Positions 29,641 through 40,755 of a stretch of DNA of 64,000 nucleotides are shown here, piece by piece. Every line of letters starts with the position of its first letter. Position 1 is the first letter of the stretch. The DNA is taken from positions 10,400-74,399 of the IMG/VR virus record IMGVR_UViG_3300027860_000007; one strand, written 5' to 3'. The notes below the pieces were generated by a model. The model was not told the DNA's origin. It saw nothing but the letters and a program-made list of their open reading frames with translations, and did no database searches. A program made the position numbers and the translations under genes. The stretch is from a virus.

Positions 29641-31245
29641 CTAATTAAAAACTCCCCAAAGTGGTGTTTGTCTTTCTTCATCAGAATCATCAACACTTTC
29701 GGAAAATTCTTCTCTAATAAAATCATCGTAATTCATTACTCGTTCTAATAGGCAAATAATAATAATCGTTGCCATAACTAAATCATCATGTTCAGTTCCT
29801 TTAGCTGCAAAACTTGCACCTTTACTAACAAAATTTTTAAGTTGACTTACCAATGGTCTGCTTGTAATGTGTAATCTGTTTTTTTCTATTAGGCTTTTTA
29901 ATTTAGCACAGGCTTTAAGTTTTGCAGAATTGGTCATATTAAAACCACGTCTATCTATAGAAGTTCTACCATTTTTTTTATCACTAATATAAGTTCCGGG
30001 GAAATTATCTTCACCAATTTCTCTAATAATAACATTAGCACTATCTAAATTGTTCTCTAAACTCCAGTATATCTCACCATCACGATTACTTCCGTTTATA
30101 TCTTGATTTTCTTGAATATATTTTAGAATTTCTCTTAATAATTTTACTTGATGTTCTATTCCTGTTTTATTATGCTGCCACTCTGCCACTTGAATCATTT
30201 CAGGAAGTTGAAAAACTTGTATTGCTGCTGGGTCTCTCCCAACACCCATACTAGGATCTAATGCAACTAAATAGGTTTTATTTGGTAATGGTCTGCTATA
30301 CCATCTTACTCTACCCATAACAAATTCAGGGTCTTTACCTTTTAATTTAGCTAAACATTGAGCATCTATCAAGGTATCCTCAGATGTTAAGAATACACAA
30401 GCATGTTCTCTTTCAAATTTAGTATCATCATTTAATACTGCTCTTTCTGCCTTTTCCCATGCTTCATTTCTTCCTGGATGATCTGACCAAATAAATTTAG
30501 TAGCCTTAAATTGATTTCTTCCTACACCATTAGGTAATTCATTACCATATTCATCAAAAGTATTTGTAGCGTCAAACCAAATTTTAGCAAAAGTATCTTC
30601 ATCACTGCTTGGAGTGCTAGTAATTATACATTTTCCTTTAGAACTGCTTAATGTTGGCCATACTGCTGCAAAGAACTCACGCTGTATTTTTGGGTCAATA
30701 ACTGCAAATTCATCACAATAAACTAATGATAAACTTAAACCCCTTGCACTATTTTTGGTAGTAGCTCTCGCTAATATTCTACTTTTATTATCAAATCCTA
30801 CACTTTTTTTGTTATAGTATTCAACGCCTGGCTTTAACCAATTTGGTAAAAGTTCATAACTATATTTTATTCTATCTAATATTTCTATTGCACCTTCTTG
30901 AACATTGCTTAATATAAGAATAGTTTGAGTACTATTAAAGATAGCTAACCATAAAATATATGCCATAGAGCAAGTTGATTTTCCTAACTGCCTAGAAACA
31001 AGTGTTATATTAGCACGATGATTAATAAAATTATTGATTATTTCTTTTTGAAAATCATAAAGAAGGAATTTTTTATTTCCACTTTCAGAAACTATATAAA
31101 CATAGTTTTCGATAAAATAAAAAGGATCGCTGGCACATTTTAACAACTCCTCAATCTGATAAGGAGTAAATTCCTGTTTCTGGTTTGCAACTTTTACAGG
31201 ATTTTCTGTTTCTATTATAACTGGTTGTTTAGGTTTTTTTGACAT
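29641..31245 (-). CDS. Terminase large subunit (T4 gp17-like)
   Basis: RQLGKS Walker A, YCDEFA Walker B, STP, ALDPS, HDDLV nuclease motif; TATAAATA at 31252-31259 (-). Confidence 0.93.
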   Translation of the reverse strand: MSKKPKQPVIIETENPVKVANQKQEFTPYQIEELLKCASDPFYFIENYVYIVSESGNKKFLLYDFQKEIINNFINHRANITLVSRQLGKSTCSMAYILWLAIFNSTQTILILSNVQEGAIEILDRIKYSYELLPNWLKPGVEYYNKKSVGFDNKSRILARATTKNSARGLSLSLVYCDEFAVIDPKIQREFFAAVWPTLSSSKGKCIITSTPSSDEDTFAKIWFDATNTFDEYGNELPNGVGRNQFKATKFIWSDHPGRNEAWEKAERAVLNDDTKFEREHACVFLTSEDTLIDAQCLAKLKGKDPEFVMGRVRWYSRPLPNKTYLVALDPSMGVGRDPAAIQVFQLPEMIQVAEWQHNKTGIEHQVKLLREILKYIQENQDINGSNRDGEIYWSLENNLDSANVIIREIGEDNFPGTYISDKKNGRTSIDRRGFNMTNSAKLKACAKLKSLIEKNRLHITSRPLVSQLKNFVSKGASFAAKGTEHDDLVMATIIIICLLERVMNYDDFIREEFSESVDDSDEERQTPLWGVFN

Positions 31246-31550
31246 ATTTACTATTTATATAGCAAATATGTCATTATTGCTTTTTAAATCAAATTAACAA
31301 TTATTTTGACATTAAAATTAATAGTGTCATTGTCACATTCAATATGAACTCCTTTAACTATTAAAAGTTTAGTGAATAGAGACTTTAGCCTTCTATGGTT
31401 TTTGCAAGGATAGATAAAAGTAATTTCTGCTTTGTTATCAACATGTTTTTTGTCAAAATTTATAAACATTTTTTGTAATAATGTAATTACTATATCTAAA
31501 TTTTTCATAATAAAATTTTTTACTTAATCCATTTATCTATTTAAAAAGTT

Positions 31551-33176
31551 TTAGTACATTCCTCCGCCTTGATTTGGTACTTTGTCTTTTTCTTCTATTG
31601 GAGAATCAACAATTACAGCCTCAGTCGTTATTAATAGACTACTAACGCTTACTGCATCTTCTAAAGCAGTTCTTACTACTTTGGTTGGATCAATAATACC
31701 TAGTTTCATCATATCGCCATATTCTAAGTTTTGAGCATCGAACCCATAGTTAGTATTTTTATGCCTGCTAACATTATAAACAACTTCGCTAGAATCAATA
31801 CCAGCGTTAGTTGCAATTTGTCTAATAGGAGCTTCTAATGCTTTTTTAATAATATCAATACCTGCTTGTTGATCTGTATTTTTTGCTTTCAAATCCTTTA
31901 ATACTTTAACAGAGAACAATAAAGCACTTCCGCCACCTGGTACAATACCCTCTTCAACTGCTGCTCTAGTAGCATGAAGTGCATCATCTACCCTATCTTT
32001 TCTTTCCTTTACTTCTACTTCAGTAGTTCCACCTACTTTCAACACAGCAATACCACCAGTCAATTTTGCAATTCTTTCTTGCATTTTTTCTTGGTCATAT
32101 GGACTTTTAGTAATACTTATTAACTGTCTAATTTCAGCAACACGTTGTTCAATGTTTTCTTTTGAACCACTTCCGCCTACAATGGTAGTTGTTTCTCTAT
32201 TAATAATAACCCGTTTTGCTTGTCCTAGCATTTCAACAGTTACGTTTTCTAGTCTAGTACCAAAATCTTCGCTTACTACGCTTCCATTGGTTAAAATTGC
32301 TATATCAGTTAATAGTTCTTTTTTGGTATCGCCATAACCTGGAGATTTAACTGCAACAAATTTTAGATTATTTTGAATTTTATTTAAAACTAAAGTACTA
32401 ATAACTTCATTGTCAAAGTCATCTGCAATAATAACTAATGCTCTGCTTGCTTGAGCTATTGAATTACAGATATTAACTAAATCCTTCATGGAGTGAATTT
32501 TTTTATCATACATTAAAATAAAAGGATTTTCAAAATCTACCGTTCCTTTTTCAGGATTAGTCATAAAGTATGGACTTAAATACCCTCTATCAAATTGTAA
32601 TCCTTCAACTATTTGTACTTCAAACTCAACGCCTTTTGCTTCTTCTACAGTAATTACGCCTTCTTTACCTACATAAGACATCGCTTCTGCAATTTTTTCA
32701 CCAATAAGTCTATCACCGTTAGCAGAAATTGTACCTACTTGAGCAATTTCTGCATTGTCATGAACTGGTCTACTACGTTTTTTTAAATCTTTGATTACTT
32801 CTGCAACAGCAAGTTCCATACCTCTTTTAATATCCATTGGATTCAAACCAGCAGCAACTACTTTACTTCCTTCAACCGCAATAGCTCTTGCAAGCACTGT
32901 AGCTGTTGTAGTGCCATCACCAGCTAAATCAGCAGTTTTACTTGCCACTTGCCTAATAAGCTGTGCTCCAATGTCTTCATATGGATCCTTTAAGCTAATT
33001 TCTTTAGCAACACTAACACCATCTTTAGTTACATGTGGACCACCATATTTTTTAGCGATAACAACATGTCTTCCTCGTGGACCCAAGGTTACAGCGACAG
33101 CATTAGCTAACTTTTCAACACCTGCAAGTATTTTTGCTCTTGCATTAACACCAAATTCTAAATCTTTTGCGACCAT
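31551..33176 (-). CDS. groEL: Chaperonin GroEL
   Basis: [39 protein letters not shown], short GGGMY tail. Confidence 0.97.
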   Translation of the reverse strand: MVAKDLEFGVNARAKILAGVEKLANAVAVTLGPRGRHVVIAKKYGGPHVTKDGVSVAKEISLKDPYEDIGAQLIRQVASKTADLAGDGTTTATVLARAIAVEGSKVVAAGLNPMDIKRGMELAVAEVIKDLKKRSRPVHDNAEIAQVGTISANGDRLIGEKIAEAMSYVGKEGVITVEEAKGVEFEVQIVEGLQFDRGYLSPYFMTNPEKGTVDFENPFILMYDKKIHSMKDLVNICNSIAQASRALVIIADDFDNEVISTLVLNKIQNNLKFVAVKSPGYGDTKKELLTDIAILTNGSVVSEDFGTRLENVTVEMLGQAKRVIINRETTTIVGGSGSKENIEQRVAEIRQLISITKSPYDQEKMQERIAKLTGGIAVLKVGGTTEVEVKERKDRVDDALHATRAAVEEGIVPGGGSALLFSVKVLKDLKAKNTDQQAGIDIIKKALEAPIRQIATNAGIDSSEVVYNVSRHKNTNYGFDAQNLEYGDMMKLGIIDPTKVVRTALEDAVSVSSLLITTEAVIVDSPIEEKDKVPNQGGGMY

Positions 33177-33192
33177 TTTAATTTTCTTTCTT

Positions 33193-33444
33193 TTATATTG
33201 TGAATTTTTCTATTTTATATGGATCTATGCTGTGAAGACTTTTAAAATATTTAATAGTCACTTTAACACCTTTAGAACGTAAAATTGTTGGTAATTTATA
33301 ATAATCATATTTTTTTGTTTTTCTATCATAAATTTTATTAGTAATATTAGATAACTTTCTATTATAATCATTTAATTGAAAATCAATATATGTTATTAAA
33401 AAACCTTGCCTTCCTGTATAAGTGTGTAAAATAGTTTTACGCAT
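33193..33444 (-). CDS. Basic hypothetical protein, tandem paralogue A
   Basis: Shares an identical ~84-bp block with the neighbouring gene. Confidence 0.6.
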   Translation of the reverse strand: MRKTILHTYTGRQGFLITYIDFQLNDYNRKLSNITNKIYDRKTKKYDYYKLPTILRSKGVKVTIKYFKSLHSIDPYKIEKFTI

Positions 33445-33703
33445 AGTTAAATCTTTCTACTTTATATGGAGGTTCAGACCAATTTCTATAATATTTAATA
33501 GTCACTTTAACACCTTTAGAACGTAAAATTGTTGGTAATTTATAATAATCATATTTTTTTGTTTTTCTATCATACATTTTATTAGTAATATTACCAAGAG
33601 ATAAGTTTCTATTATAATCATTTAATATAAAATTAAAATGAACTATAAAAAAACTTTTTAATCCTTCATAGGGGTAATGACGAAAACTAAAAGTTTTACG
33701 CAT
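33437..33703 (-). CDS. Basic hypothetical protein, tandem paralogue B
   Basis: [28 protein letters not shown] identical to paralogue A. Confidence 0.6.
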   Translation of the reverse strand: MRKTFSFRHYPYEGLKSFFIVHFNFILNDYNRNLSLGNITNKMYDRKTKKYDYYKLPTILRSKGVKVTIKYYRNWSEPPYKVERFNYA

Positions 33704-33710
33704 AGTTAAA

Positions 33711-34001
33711 TTACTCCAATATTACATGTATATCTGATTCTTTTACTATAAGATATTTTTGATTATCTAATTCTAATTCAACTCCAGATGTCTTTGGAAA
33801 ACATACTTTTTGATTAATTTTCAAATTTACTGGGGTAATAACACCATTTTCATTATAGTTACCAGCACCAATAGCAATAACTGTTCCAATAATATTTTTA
33901 TCATTGTTAGAACCATTTAACGCAATCATGCCTATTTGTTTAACAGGTTCATCTGGTTTAATCAAAACTTTGTCTTGAACTGGTTTAAAATTCATAATCA
34001 C
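33711..34001 (-). CDS. groES: Co-chaperonin GroES
   Basis: FKPVQDKVLI, GTVIAIGAG, G.ELELD..KYLIVKESDI. Confidence 0.85.
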   Translation of the reverse strand: MIMNFKPVQDKVLIKPDEPVKQIGMIALNGSNNDKNIIGTVIAIGAGNYNENGVITPVNLKINQKVCFPKTSGVELELDNQKYLIVKESDIHVILE

Positions 34002-34264
34002 TAAACCTTTTTCTTATTAAAAACTATTATTAATATGATATTAAAGCATATCCACAAGAAAGTCAATATTCCAGTTGCTTGTTCGTGGTAATTTCTTAAA
34101 TGTTCATCTAAAAAGATATATGGCCAAAAAAGATATATGACAGTAATAGCTGGTACGCCAACAAACATGATAAAATAACAAATTATCACATATAAAATAT
34201 AAAAAAATTCTGAAATTTGTTCTTTCATATAGCTATGCTTCATTAATATATTGGTTGATTTCAA
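34001..34264 (-). CDS. small membrane protein
   Basis: Two hydrophobic segments. Confidence 0.5.
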   Translation of the reverse strand: MKSTNILMKHSYMKEQISEFFYILYVIICYFIMFVGVPAITVIYLFWPYIFLDEHLRNYHEQATGILTFLWICFNIILIIVFNKKKV

Positions 34265-34832
34265 AAATTGTCAATGAATATTCGCTAACTAAATTTAGTT
34301 TTTTTCTAATTTCTTCTTTAGAAATTCCGCATTTCACTAAGCCACCAAACGCTTCCATTAAAAACGATGAACTATAACCAATCACACCATCAAGGAATAC
34401 AGTTATCTTCTGACTATTCCTAAAGGCAGGTAACAATAAAGAATCTCTGAATAACTCTCCACTAAATTCTCCATCAGTTTTATATCTGCCTGCTGGAAAT
34501 TTAGAAAAATCTTTACTTACATTTATAATAGTCTCTATTTCCCTTGTTTCATGCTTATTATTTAAAAGAGTATCTATTTTTTCTTTTATGCTCTTTATTT
34601 CATCCTTAATAATTGGAGAAAATATTTGATAAGCTAGAGATGGCTCATAATCAAGATTAAAAACATTTTCTTTATCAAACGAAAATGTCACCTTAATGTT
34701 TGAAAAATTATTTAAATTATTAGATTGTATTTTAAGTGCATTGTTTATATTATTTGAAAGCCTTTCATAAGTAATTAAATTGCTTACTAACTCTTTAAAA
34801 TAATTCAATTCATAATTAGTTAAATTTTTCAT
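34233..34832 (-). CDS. Protein with C-terminal STAS-like (DUF4325) domain
   Basis: DFSKFPAGRY..DG..SGE.FR...LDG..GY.SSFL.EAFGGL. Confidence 0.7.
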   Translation of the reverse strand: MKNLTNYELNYFKELVSNLITYERLSNNINNALKIQSNNLNNFSNIKVTFSFDKENVFNLDYEPSLAYQIFSPIIKDEIKSIKEKIDTLLNNKHETREIETIINVSKDFSKFPAGRYKTDGEFSGELFRDSLLLPAFRNSQKITVFLDGVIGYSSSFLMEAFGGLVKCGISKEEIRKKLNLVSEYSLTIFEINQYINEA

Positions 34833-34986
34833 TTATAACTCTTTTGTTAAATTCCACTAAATAATCTAAAATTGAAACTGCTTCATATGTTAGATTATTT
34901 AATTTTTCAATTAGGGTTTCATCAAAAGTTTCAAAAATAACTTCTTTTGATATTTTATTACGAATTACCCATGAAGCGGTTTTCAT
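34816..34986 (-). CDS. small hypothetical protein (not in ORF track)
   Basis: 56-aa ORF MKTASWVIRN... filling the gap, overlapping both neighbours. Confidence 0.55.
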   Translation of the reverse strand: MKTASWVIRNKISKEVIFETFDETLIEKLNNLTYEAVSILDYLVEFNKRVINEKFN

Positions 34987-35426
34987 TACCATTTAGGCAA
35001 ACTTTTTAATTCTAAAGTTCTACCAACAGCCATCCAGTTTGCTCTTTTGGTTATATTTTTGATCATGTGCCAAGATAGGTCAGTACAATGTTCTATCATA
35101 AGGAATTGTATTTCTTCACTTGGATTTTCAATATGTCTGATAGCCCATTCTGCATTTATTACAGAAACTATTTTTTGTATTTTTTCGTCATTTAGATGTT
35201 CATCTGATAAAAGATCAACTAATGTTTTGTTATGACTTTTTAAAAATTTAAGCAATTTTAATAATTTAGTTTCTCTAATAGTTTCGATATTTTCATTTTT
35301 GTAAAAATTAATAACATCAACATCCATGCCGTACATATTTAAAATATAGTTCACTACGGATTGAACACTCTCAAACCCAAATTGTTCTTTTATTTTAAGA
35401 AAATCAAATAATTCTTGTTCTACCAT
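34986..35426 (-). CDS. hypothetical protein
   Basis: ORF; promoter TTGACT(35487-35482)-17-TAGAAT. Confidence 0.55.
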   Translation of the reverse strand: MVEQELFDFLKIKEQFGFESVQSVVNYILNMYGMDVDVINFYKNENIETIRETKLLKLLKFLKSHNKTLVDLLSDEHLNDEKIQKIVSVINAEWAIRHIENPSEEIQFLMIEHCTDLSWHMIKNITKRANWMAVGRTLELKSLPKW

Positions 35427-35490
35427 AAAATATCTTTCTTTTTTAATTATATAAAAATATTCTATTACATATTTAATCTTTAGTCAAGAG

Positions 35491-36639
35491 CTATTTTTCA
35501 AGACTTGTGTTTAAAATTCTGTTAACTCTCACAAAAGTAGTTCTTTTGCTTAATTCTTTAAGATTTTTAGCTCCTACATAGCTTAAAGTTGATCTTAACC
35601 CACCAAGATATTCTTTAAGTGTGTTTTCCACTGAACCTTTATAAGGTACTATAGTTTCTCTTCCTTCACTAGCACGATATTCTTTTATTTCACCATAATG
35701 CTTATTTTGTGCAGCATAACTGCTCATTCCGTAAAACCTTTTGCCTAAATATGCTTTTGCTTCCTCGTGACTATAAAGATTATCAACTTCTTCTTTTGTT
35801 AAGATTTCGCCTTTTATTGGACTGAATACCATATTTTCTTTTATAACTTTTAATTCTTCTTTCATAACAATAAATTCACCACCACTTTCATCATGACCAG
35901 AAAAAACGCCACCCATCATAACAAAATCTCCATTAGCACCAAATGCTTTTCCCAAATCACCAGGTTCTACAATTCCACCATCACTACATACTAAACCATC
36001 AAGACCATGTGCGTGATCTGCACAATCAATAAGGCAACTTAATTGAGGTACTCCAACTCCTGCTACTTTACGAGTAAGGCATCCGCTACCACCACCAATA
36101 CCAGCTTTTATAATAGAAGCACCTGCTAAAATAAGTTCTTCGGTCATTTCACCAGTGCAGACATTCCCAACCATTAAAACAATATTTGGATTTTCTTTTC
36201 TAAAAGTTTTAACAAAATCAACAAACTTTTCAAGATAAGCACTAGGAACATCAATACAAACAAAATTTATTTTTTTATTAATGCTACTTTTTACTTTTTC
36301 ATATTTTAATTTATCTTTTTTACTCATTCCTAGCGTATAAAAAACATAATTGCTTTCTTCTTCACTAATAGAATTAAAAAATTCAATAAGTTCTTCTTCA
36401 GAATAATGTTTATGTAATGCTGTGAAAATTTTATGCTTCTTTAGTGAGTGAAACATTTCAAAAGTTCCAGTGCTATCCATATTGGCAGCAATGATAGGAA
36501 TACCAGTCCAAGTTATATCTGAATACTTAAATTTAAAAGTTCTTTCTAACTTTGCATCACTTCTCGAAGTTAGCAGACTTCTCTTTGGCATTATTAAAAC
36601 ATCATTAAAATCTAACTTAACTTCATTAATAATTTGCAT
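35491..36639 (-). CDS. guaC: GMP reductase
   Basis: KLDFNDVL..PKRS, AANMD, GIGGGSGC.TR, SDGG, FYGMSS, YRASEG; start MQIINE. Confidence 0.92.
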   Translation of the reverse strand: MQIINEVKLDFNDVLIMPKRSLLTSRSDAKLERTFKFKYSDITWTGIPIIAANMDSTGTFEMFHSLKKHKIFTALHKHYSEEELIEFFNSISEEESNYVFYTLGMSKKDKLKYEKVKSSINKKINFVCIDVPSAYLEKFVDFVKTFRKENPNIVLMVGNVCTGEMTEELILAGASIIKAGIGGGSGCLTRKVAGVGVPQLSCLIDCADHAHGLDGLVCSDGGIVEPGDLGKAFGANGDFVMMGGVFSGHDESGGEFIVMKEELKVIKENMVFSPIKGEILTKEEVDNLYSHEEAKAYLGKRFYGMSSYAAQNKHYGEIKEYRASEGRETIVPYKGSVENTLKEYLGGLRSTLSYVGAKNLKELSKRTTFVRVNRILNTSLEK

Positions 36640-36706
36640 TTTTATTCCTTTTTTTCTGCAAGAAGTATTCATTATATAAATAAATATAACTAAATAGTTT
36701 CCAAAT

Positions 36707-37111
36707 TTATGAGTGATTTATGAATTTGGAAACTATTTTATTTGCTTCAATTACTGCTTGCATAATGGCTTGTGGTAAAGTAATTTCTGTTCCTTTACAA
36801 AATCCACCATATGCAATAGCGATTTCACATATCCAAACTTTATCATTATCTCTAAGACCTGGAACTAAATGAACTAACATTGCATTTTTTGATTCAATCC
36901 AAGGTGTAGCAATCTCTAGAACACAATCTGTACAAAAACGATCAAAATGTTTTATCTCTCCTTGATAATCAGGAAGTATGTCAATATCTTCTCCTGTTCC
37001 AGTCCAAGCATTTTTATCATTAAACACTTCGTTTTCGCCTTCGTGTATAAAAGGATTTGCAAATCCAATTACTTTAGCGAATTCTAACGCTATATCGTTT
37101 TCTTTTGTCAT
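36707..37111 (-). CDS. hypothetical protein
   Basis: ORF; promoter TTGACT(37173-37168)-17-TACTAT. Confidence 0.55.
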   Translation of the reverse strand: MTKENDIALEFAKVIGFANPFIHEGENEVFNDKNAWTGTGEDIDILPDYQGEIKHFDRFCTDCVLEIATPWIESKNAMLVHLVPGLRDNDKVWICEIAIAYGGFCKGTEITLPQAIMQAVIEANKIVSKFINHS

Positions 37112-37245
37112 TTGTTATTTCTTTCAATAATTACTACTATAAACATAGTAATATATAAAATTGTTATAGTCAATATTATCTATTTCTTTCAATAAACTTT
37201 TTTGCTTCATTAATTTTATCGCCTAACGTTATTAGCCAATCACCT

Positions 37246-37821
37246 TCATGCCCATTCAATGCGAAATTGTGCAAACTCTGGCGGTTGGTCATCTGAGCAT
37301 TTACCATCTCCCTGAATCTCAATCGCTCTCCATGTTACCCTATTAGGCATGAGTAAAAGCACCTGCGAAGGTACTTTAACCTCTGATTTTTTCTGGCATA
37401 GACGAAAACTGTCTATGATAAAATAATTGTGTGTAAAAATCACTTGCGGATATGATGAATCTTGGTGAGAATCAAACAAAAACTTACCAAATTGCGTAGC
37501 TCCTACAGGATGGTCTATATCTACATCACATTTTCCAATAAAGTTTTCAGATAATTCCCAAGTGTTCGTAGGATAGCAATCATTGAAATAATTAGCATGA
37601 TAACTACCGTAAGGATTACCTTCAATTTTATCGCCTTTATCAGTATGTACATATTGTACAAAGTTTATTTTTTTAAGTGGTGGGTGTTTCATACTCTCAA
37701 CTCCTTTACTTCCATACTTCCATAAAATGCGTGGGTTCGCCGTAGTTTTTATAATCCCAGTCTTGCCATAAATTATCATGGTTGAAATGAAATTTACAAA
37801 ACAATTATCTTTTTTAGACAT
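37246..37821 (-). CDS. hypothetical protein (somewhat GC-richer)
   Basis: Intact 191-aa ORF. Confidence 0.55.
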   Translation of the reverse strand: MSKKDNCFVNFISTMIIYGKTGIIKTTANPRILWKYGSKGVESMKHPPLKKINFVQYVHTDKGDKIEGNPYGSYHANYFNDCYPTNTWELSENFIGKCDVDIDHPVGATQFGKFLFDSHQDSSYPQVIFTHNYFIIDSFRLCQKKSEVKVPSQVLLLMPNRVTWRAIEIQGDGKCSDDQPPEFAQFRIEWA

Positions 37822-37837
37822 AAAATTATTTAAACTA

Positions 37838-38098
37838 TTAACAATTAAATATTTTTATTTCTAATTTAACTACTTCAATATTTTCTGGTTTAATCAAATC
37901 ATTTATATGATAATGGTAAAATTCAGGATTAGAAATTAAATATTTTTTAAGGTTTTCAGCATATTCTCTTTTATTATAAACACAAAGAGTATGGTCATCA
38001 TTAGTACCTACCCAAACATCATATTCGCACACGTCTTCACTAAGCAATTTGCCATTAGATTTATCTATTAGATCATATCTGGTAATTGTTTCTGTCAT
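37838..38098 (-). CDS. hypothetical protein
   Basis: AAGGA RBS. Confidence 0.55.
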   Translation of the reverse strand: MTETITRYDLIDKSNGKLLSEDVCEYDVWVGTNDDHTLCVYNKREYAENLKKYLISNPEFYHYHINDLIKPENIEVVKLEIKIFNC

Positions 38099-38134
38099 AA
38101 AATAATCCTTTTAATTAAAATATCGCAAAACGAT

Positions 38135-38620
38135 TTAGATGTCAAGTCTGTTTATGTATTGTTGGATACTAAATTGTAAATCTAGTAAAGATTTATAGGG
38201 TCCTAAAAAGTTATTGTCTTGTAGTTTTTTAGTAGTAGGACATTGAGCTTTTGTTATAATTTCTGGAAATATTATACCAAACCATCCAGCAGCATACCTA
38301 AGATTGCCTTTTTCTTTTATTTTATAAGAAGATACTTCAATATTTTTTATAGTTTCTTTACTAATTTCAAATAATTCTTTATGTTCTGGAGCAATTTCAA
38401 AACCATTTAATTCCTTAATAATTTCTTTTTTCTTGATTTCTTGTTGTTCTTCTATTTCATGTTCAAGATATTTTGCTATATTTGCAATATTAGCAAAGCC
38501 ATCATTATTTCCCATCAGAAAAAATTTACCTTCTTTATAAGAAACAACTCCTAATGTTTTTTCTGTTTTTACTTCTTTCAATATCCAACTGGTAGGTGTT
38601 AATTCTTTTATATAAAGCAT
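38135..38620 (-). CDS. hypothetical protein
   Basis: Coupled to RNase H gene; YAAGW...CP...GPYK. Confidence 0.6.
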   Translation of the reverse strand: MLYIKELTPTSWILKEVKTEKTLGVVSYKEGKFFLMGNNDGFANIANIAKYLEHEIEEQQEIKKKEIIKELNGFEIAPEHKELFEISKETIKNIEVSSYKIKEKGNLRYAAGWFGIIFPEIITKAQCPTTKKLQDNNFLGPYKSLLDLQFSIQQYINRLDI

Positions 38621-38621
38621 A

Positions 38622-39626
38622 TTATATCTCTATTTTTAATTTAGAAGAAAACATAGGAGCAATGACCTCGCACTGTTTAGATAAATTTTCTAATTCATTT
38701 TTTCCGCAAAACTTTAAAAATTCTATACCAATAAGTTTTCGTTCTTTATTTTCTGCTAGTGCTTCGTCAATAACTCTATTAAGTTCTTCCTTAATCTCTG
38801 GTGGTTGTAACGCCAAATCAATTAAAACTTTATTACGTTTATATAAATCTTCTACTATATGTTTTTCACCAAAAGGATCTTCCCAAGTATTTTTCATAAA
38901 ACTTGTCCACGCAATACCTTGTTTGTGTCTATCTTCAAAGGCTTCTACTATGCCATATGCGTTTTTGCTACTTTTTGTTCTTACACCTGGGTTAGCACTT
39001 GGTACATTATCGCTTACATCGCCCCTAATACATTTTTCAAATAATAGATATTCTGGGTCTATAGCTTTTAAGTTTTCCCCCTTTTTATCCTTCAAAGGAG
39101 ACATTTTGCCATCAAAAATTCCATCTGCTGTATAAATTTTATTATTAACACCATCAAAAATTTGTACATTTGGATTAGTCATTAATTGAGCATAATCACT
39201 ATCTGTACTAATGATAATAAATTTGTTATCAGGATTATTCCCAAATCTCTGAATCCATGCAGCAATACAATCATCTGCTTCTGTTATAGAACTTCTTAAT
39301 ACTGTACAATTAGTTTTTTCTTTAAGGAAACTCATAAAAGAATTCATAGTCTCAAAAAAAACTTCATCATCTTCTATATCAGCTTGAGTTCGTTTTAGTT
39401 TAGTAACTGCTCTATTAGCTTTATAATCTTTAAAAAATTTCTTTCTCCAGCTTTGTCCTTCTGTTGCAAACACTATATGATCTGCATTAAATCTACTCCA
39501 TGCACTTTTAATAGAACCAATAGTAATTGCTAAAGCTAATCCTGCCTTAGTGTGACTATCACCTCTTGTTACATGTTTTGCTCGCATCATCACATTTAAT
39601 GTGTCTATAAGTAAATATGTTGTCAA
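38622..39626 (-). CDS. RNase H / 5'-3' flap exonuclease (T4 rnh-like)
   Basis: LID, SWRK..YKANR, EADD, STDSD, GD.SDNV. Confidence 0.88.
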   Translation of the reverse strand: MTTYLLIDTLNVMMRAKHVTRGDSHTKAGLALAITIGSIKSAWSRFNADHIVFATEGQSWRKKFFKDYKANRAVTKLKRTQADIEDDEVFFETMNSFMSFLKEKTNCTVLRSSITEADDCIAAWIQRFGNNPDNKFIIISTDSDYAQLMTNPNVQIFDGVNNKIYTADGIFDGKMSPLKDKKGENLKAIDPEYLLFEKCIRGDVSDNVPSANPGVRTKSSKNAYGIVEAFEDRHKQGIAWTSFMKNTWEDPFGEKHIVEDLYKRNKVLIDLALQPPEIKEELNRVIDEALAENKERKLIGIEFLKFCGKNELENLSKQCEVIAPMFSSKLKIEI

Positions 39627-39636
39627 TTTATATTCC

Positions 39637-40755
39637 TTAAATTTGTGAATTGCAAAAATTAGCTAAGTATTTGAATTGGCATCTATCTAACGCTAATTGT
39701 TCTAGCGTGGATGTTAATTGCTTTAATGAACCATTATTATAGCATTTTATCTGTACTCTGTTTCCATAATTATCAATAAAGCAATGAACTATTAACGCTA
39801 AGTCATTCTCTTTCTCAAAAATATAATAGCTATTACTATCTGAAATTTTGCAATAAAAATCTGGGTTTAGATTTTTAATATAACTAGAACGATCATCATA
39901 TATATGTTTAGCTATTTCATTTGTCAAAACATGGTCAAAGCCATAGAGATAGCCTTTGCTACCAGTTTTAGTTAAACCATGTTTCCATTCGTTATTTAAA
40001 TCTTCAAGAGCTGTTTGAATAGTTTCCCATATAGAATGATCAGCTACTGTTCTATTTTCTTCATGAATTAAGTAACTAGCTATTTTATTAAAATCTTTTA
40101 TAGATTCTGCTAATTTTTCTAATAAATTTTTAGATAAAAAATCAAAAGATACACCATCATGTGTCATAACTATTGATATTGATTCTTTTTTTATTAAAAT
40201 TCCATCTTTATTCGCATTAACTGTTAAAAAATAAGTTTCAGAAAGGCTAGTAAAAATATATAATGAAGATGCAAGATAATCTTCATCATCATATTTTAAA
40301 TGATATATGGGATTCCTATCCATTAATATATTATGAATGTTTTTGTAACTTTTTTCAAAAGTTTCATCTTTTGGAATAAACCAACCTAATCTATTTGCTT
40401 TATCTTTATATATTTGAGGTTCGCATAAAGAAAATTTACTAGCATATAAAAGTAAATCTTGCCAAACATCACAAAGATTCAATCTGTCTTTAACTGTTGA
40501 TTGATTAAGGAAATGCAATATAATTTCTTTTGGTTCTTTAACATAGTTATTTTTCAATAACTTTTCAATGGAAGTATTTTTTTCTTCACAATAAGATATT
40601 AGGTTATTGAAATCATCTATAGATAAATCAATAGCTAGCAACATTCTTTTATTGTTAATATTAACTTTGACATTTTCACCTAATATAGCTTTATTAATCA
40701 TTGTATGGTTCCATTTCACCAACTGTTTGATAATAGCCAGTAGTATGGATTGCAT
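39637..40755 (-). CDS. hypothetical protein
   Basis: Long ORF; real start likely internal (MINK). Confidence 0.55.
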   Translation of the reverse strand: MQSILLAIIKQLVKWNHTMINKAILGENVKVNINNKRMLLAIDLSIDDFNNLISYCEEKNTSIEKLLKNNYVKEPKEIILHFLNQSTVKDRLNLCDVWQDLLLYASKFSLCEPQIYKDKANRLGWFIPKDETFEKSYKNIHNILMDRNPIYHLKYDDEDYLASSLYIFTSLSETYFLTVNANKDGILIKKESISIVMTHDGVSFDFLSKNLLEKLAESIKDFNKIASYLIHEENRTVADHSIWETIQTALEDLNNEWKHGLTKTGSKGYLYGFDHVLTNEIAKHIYDDRSSYIKNLNPDFYCKISDSNSYYIFEKENDLALIVHCFIDNYGNRVQIKCYNNGSLKQLTSTLEQLALDRCQFKYLANFCNSQI

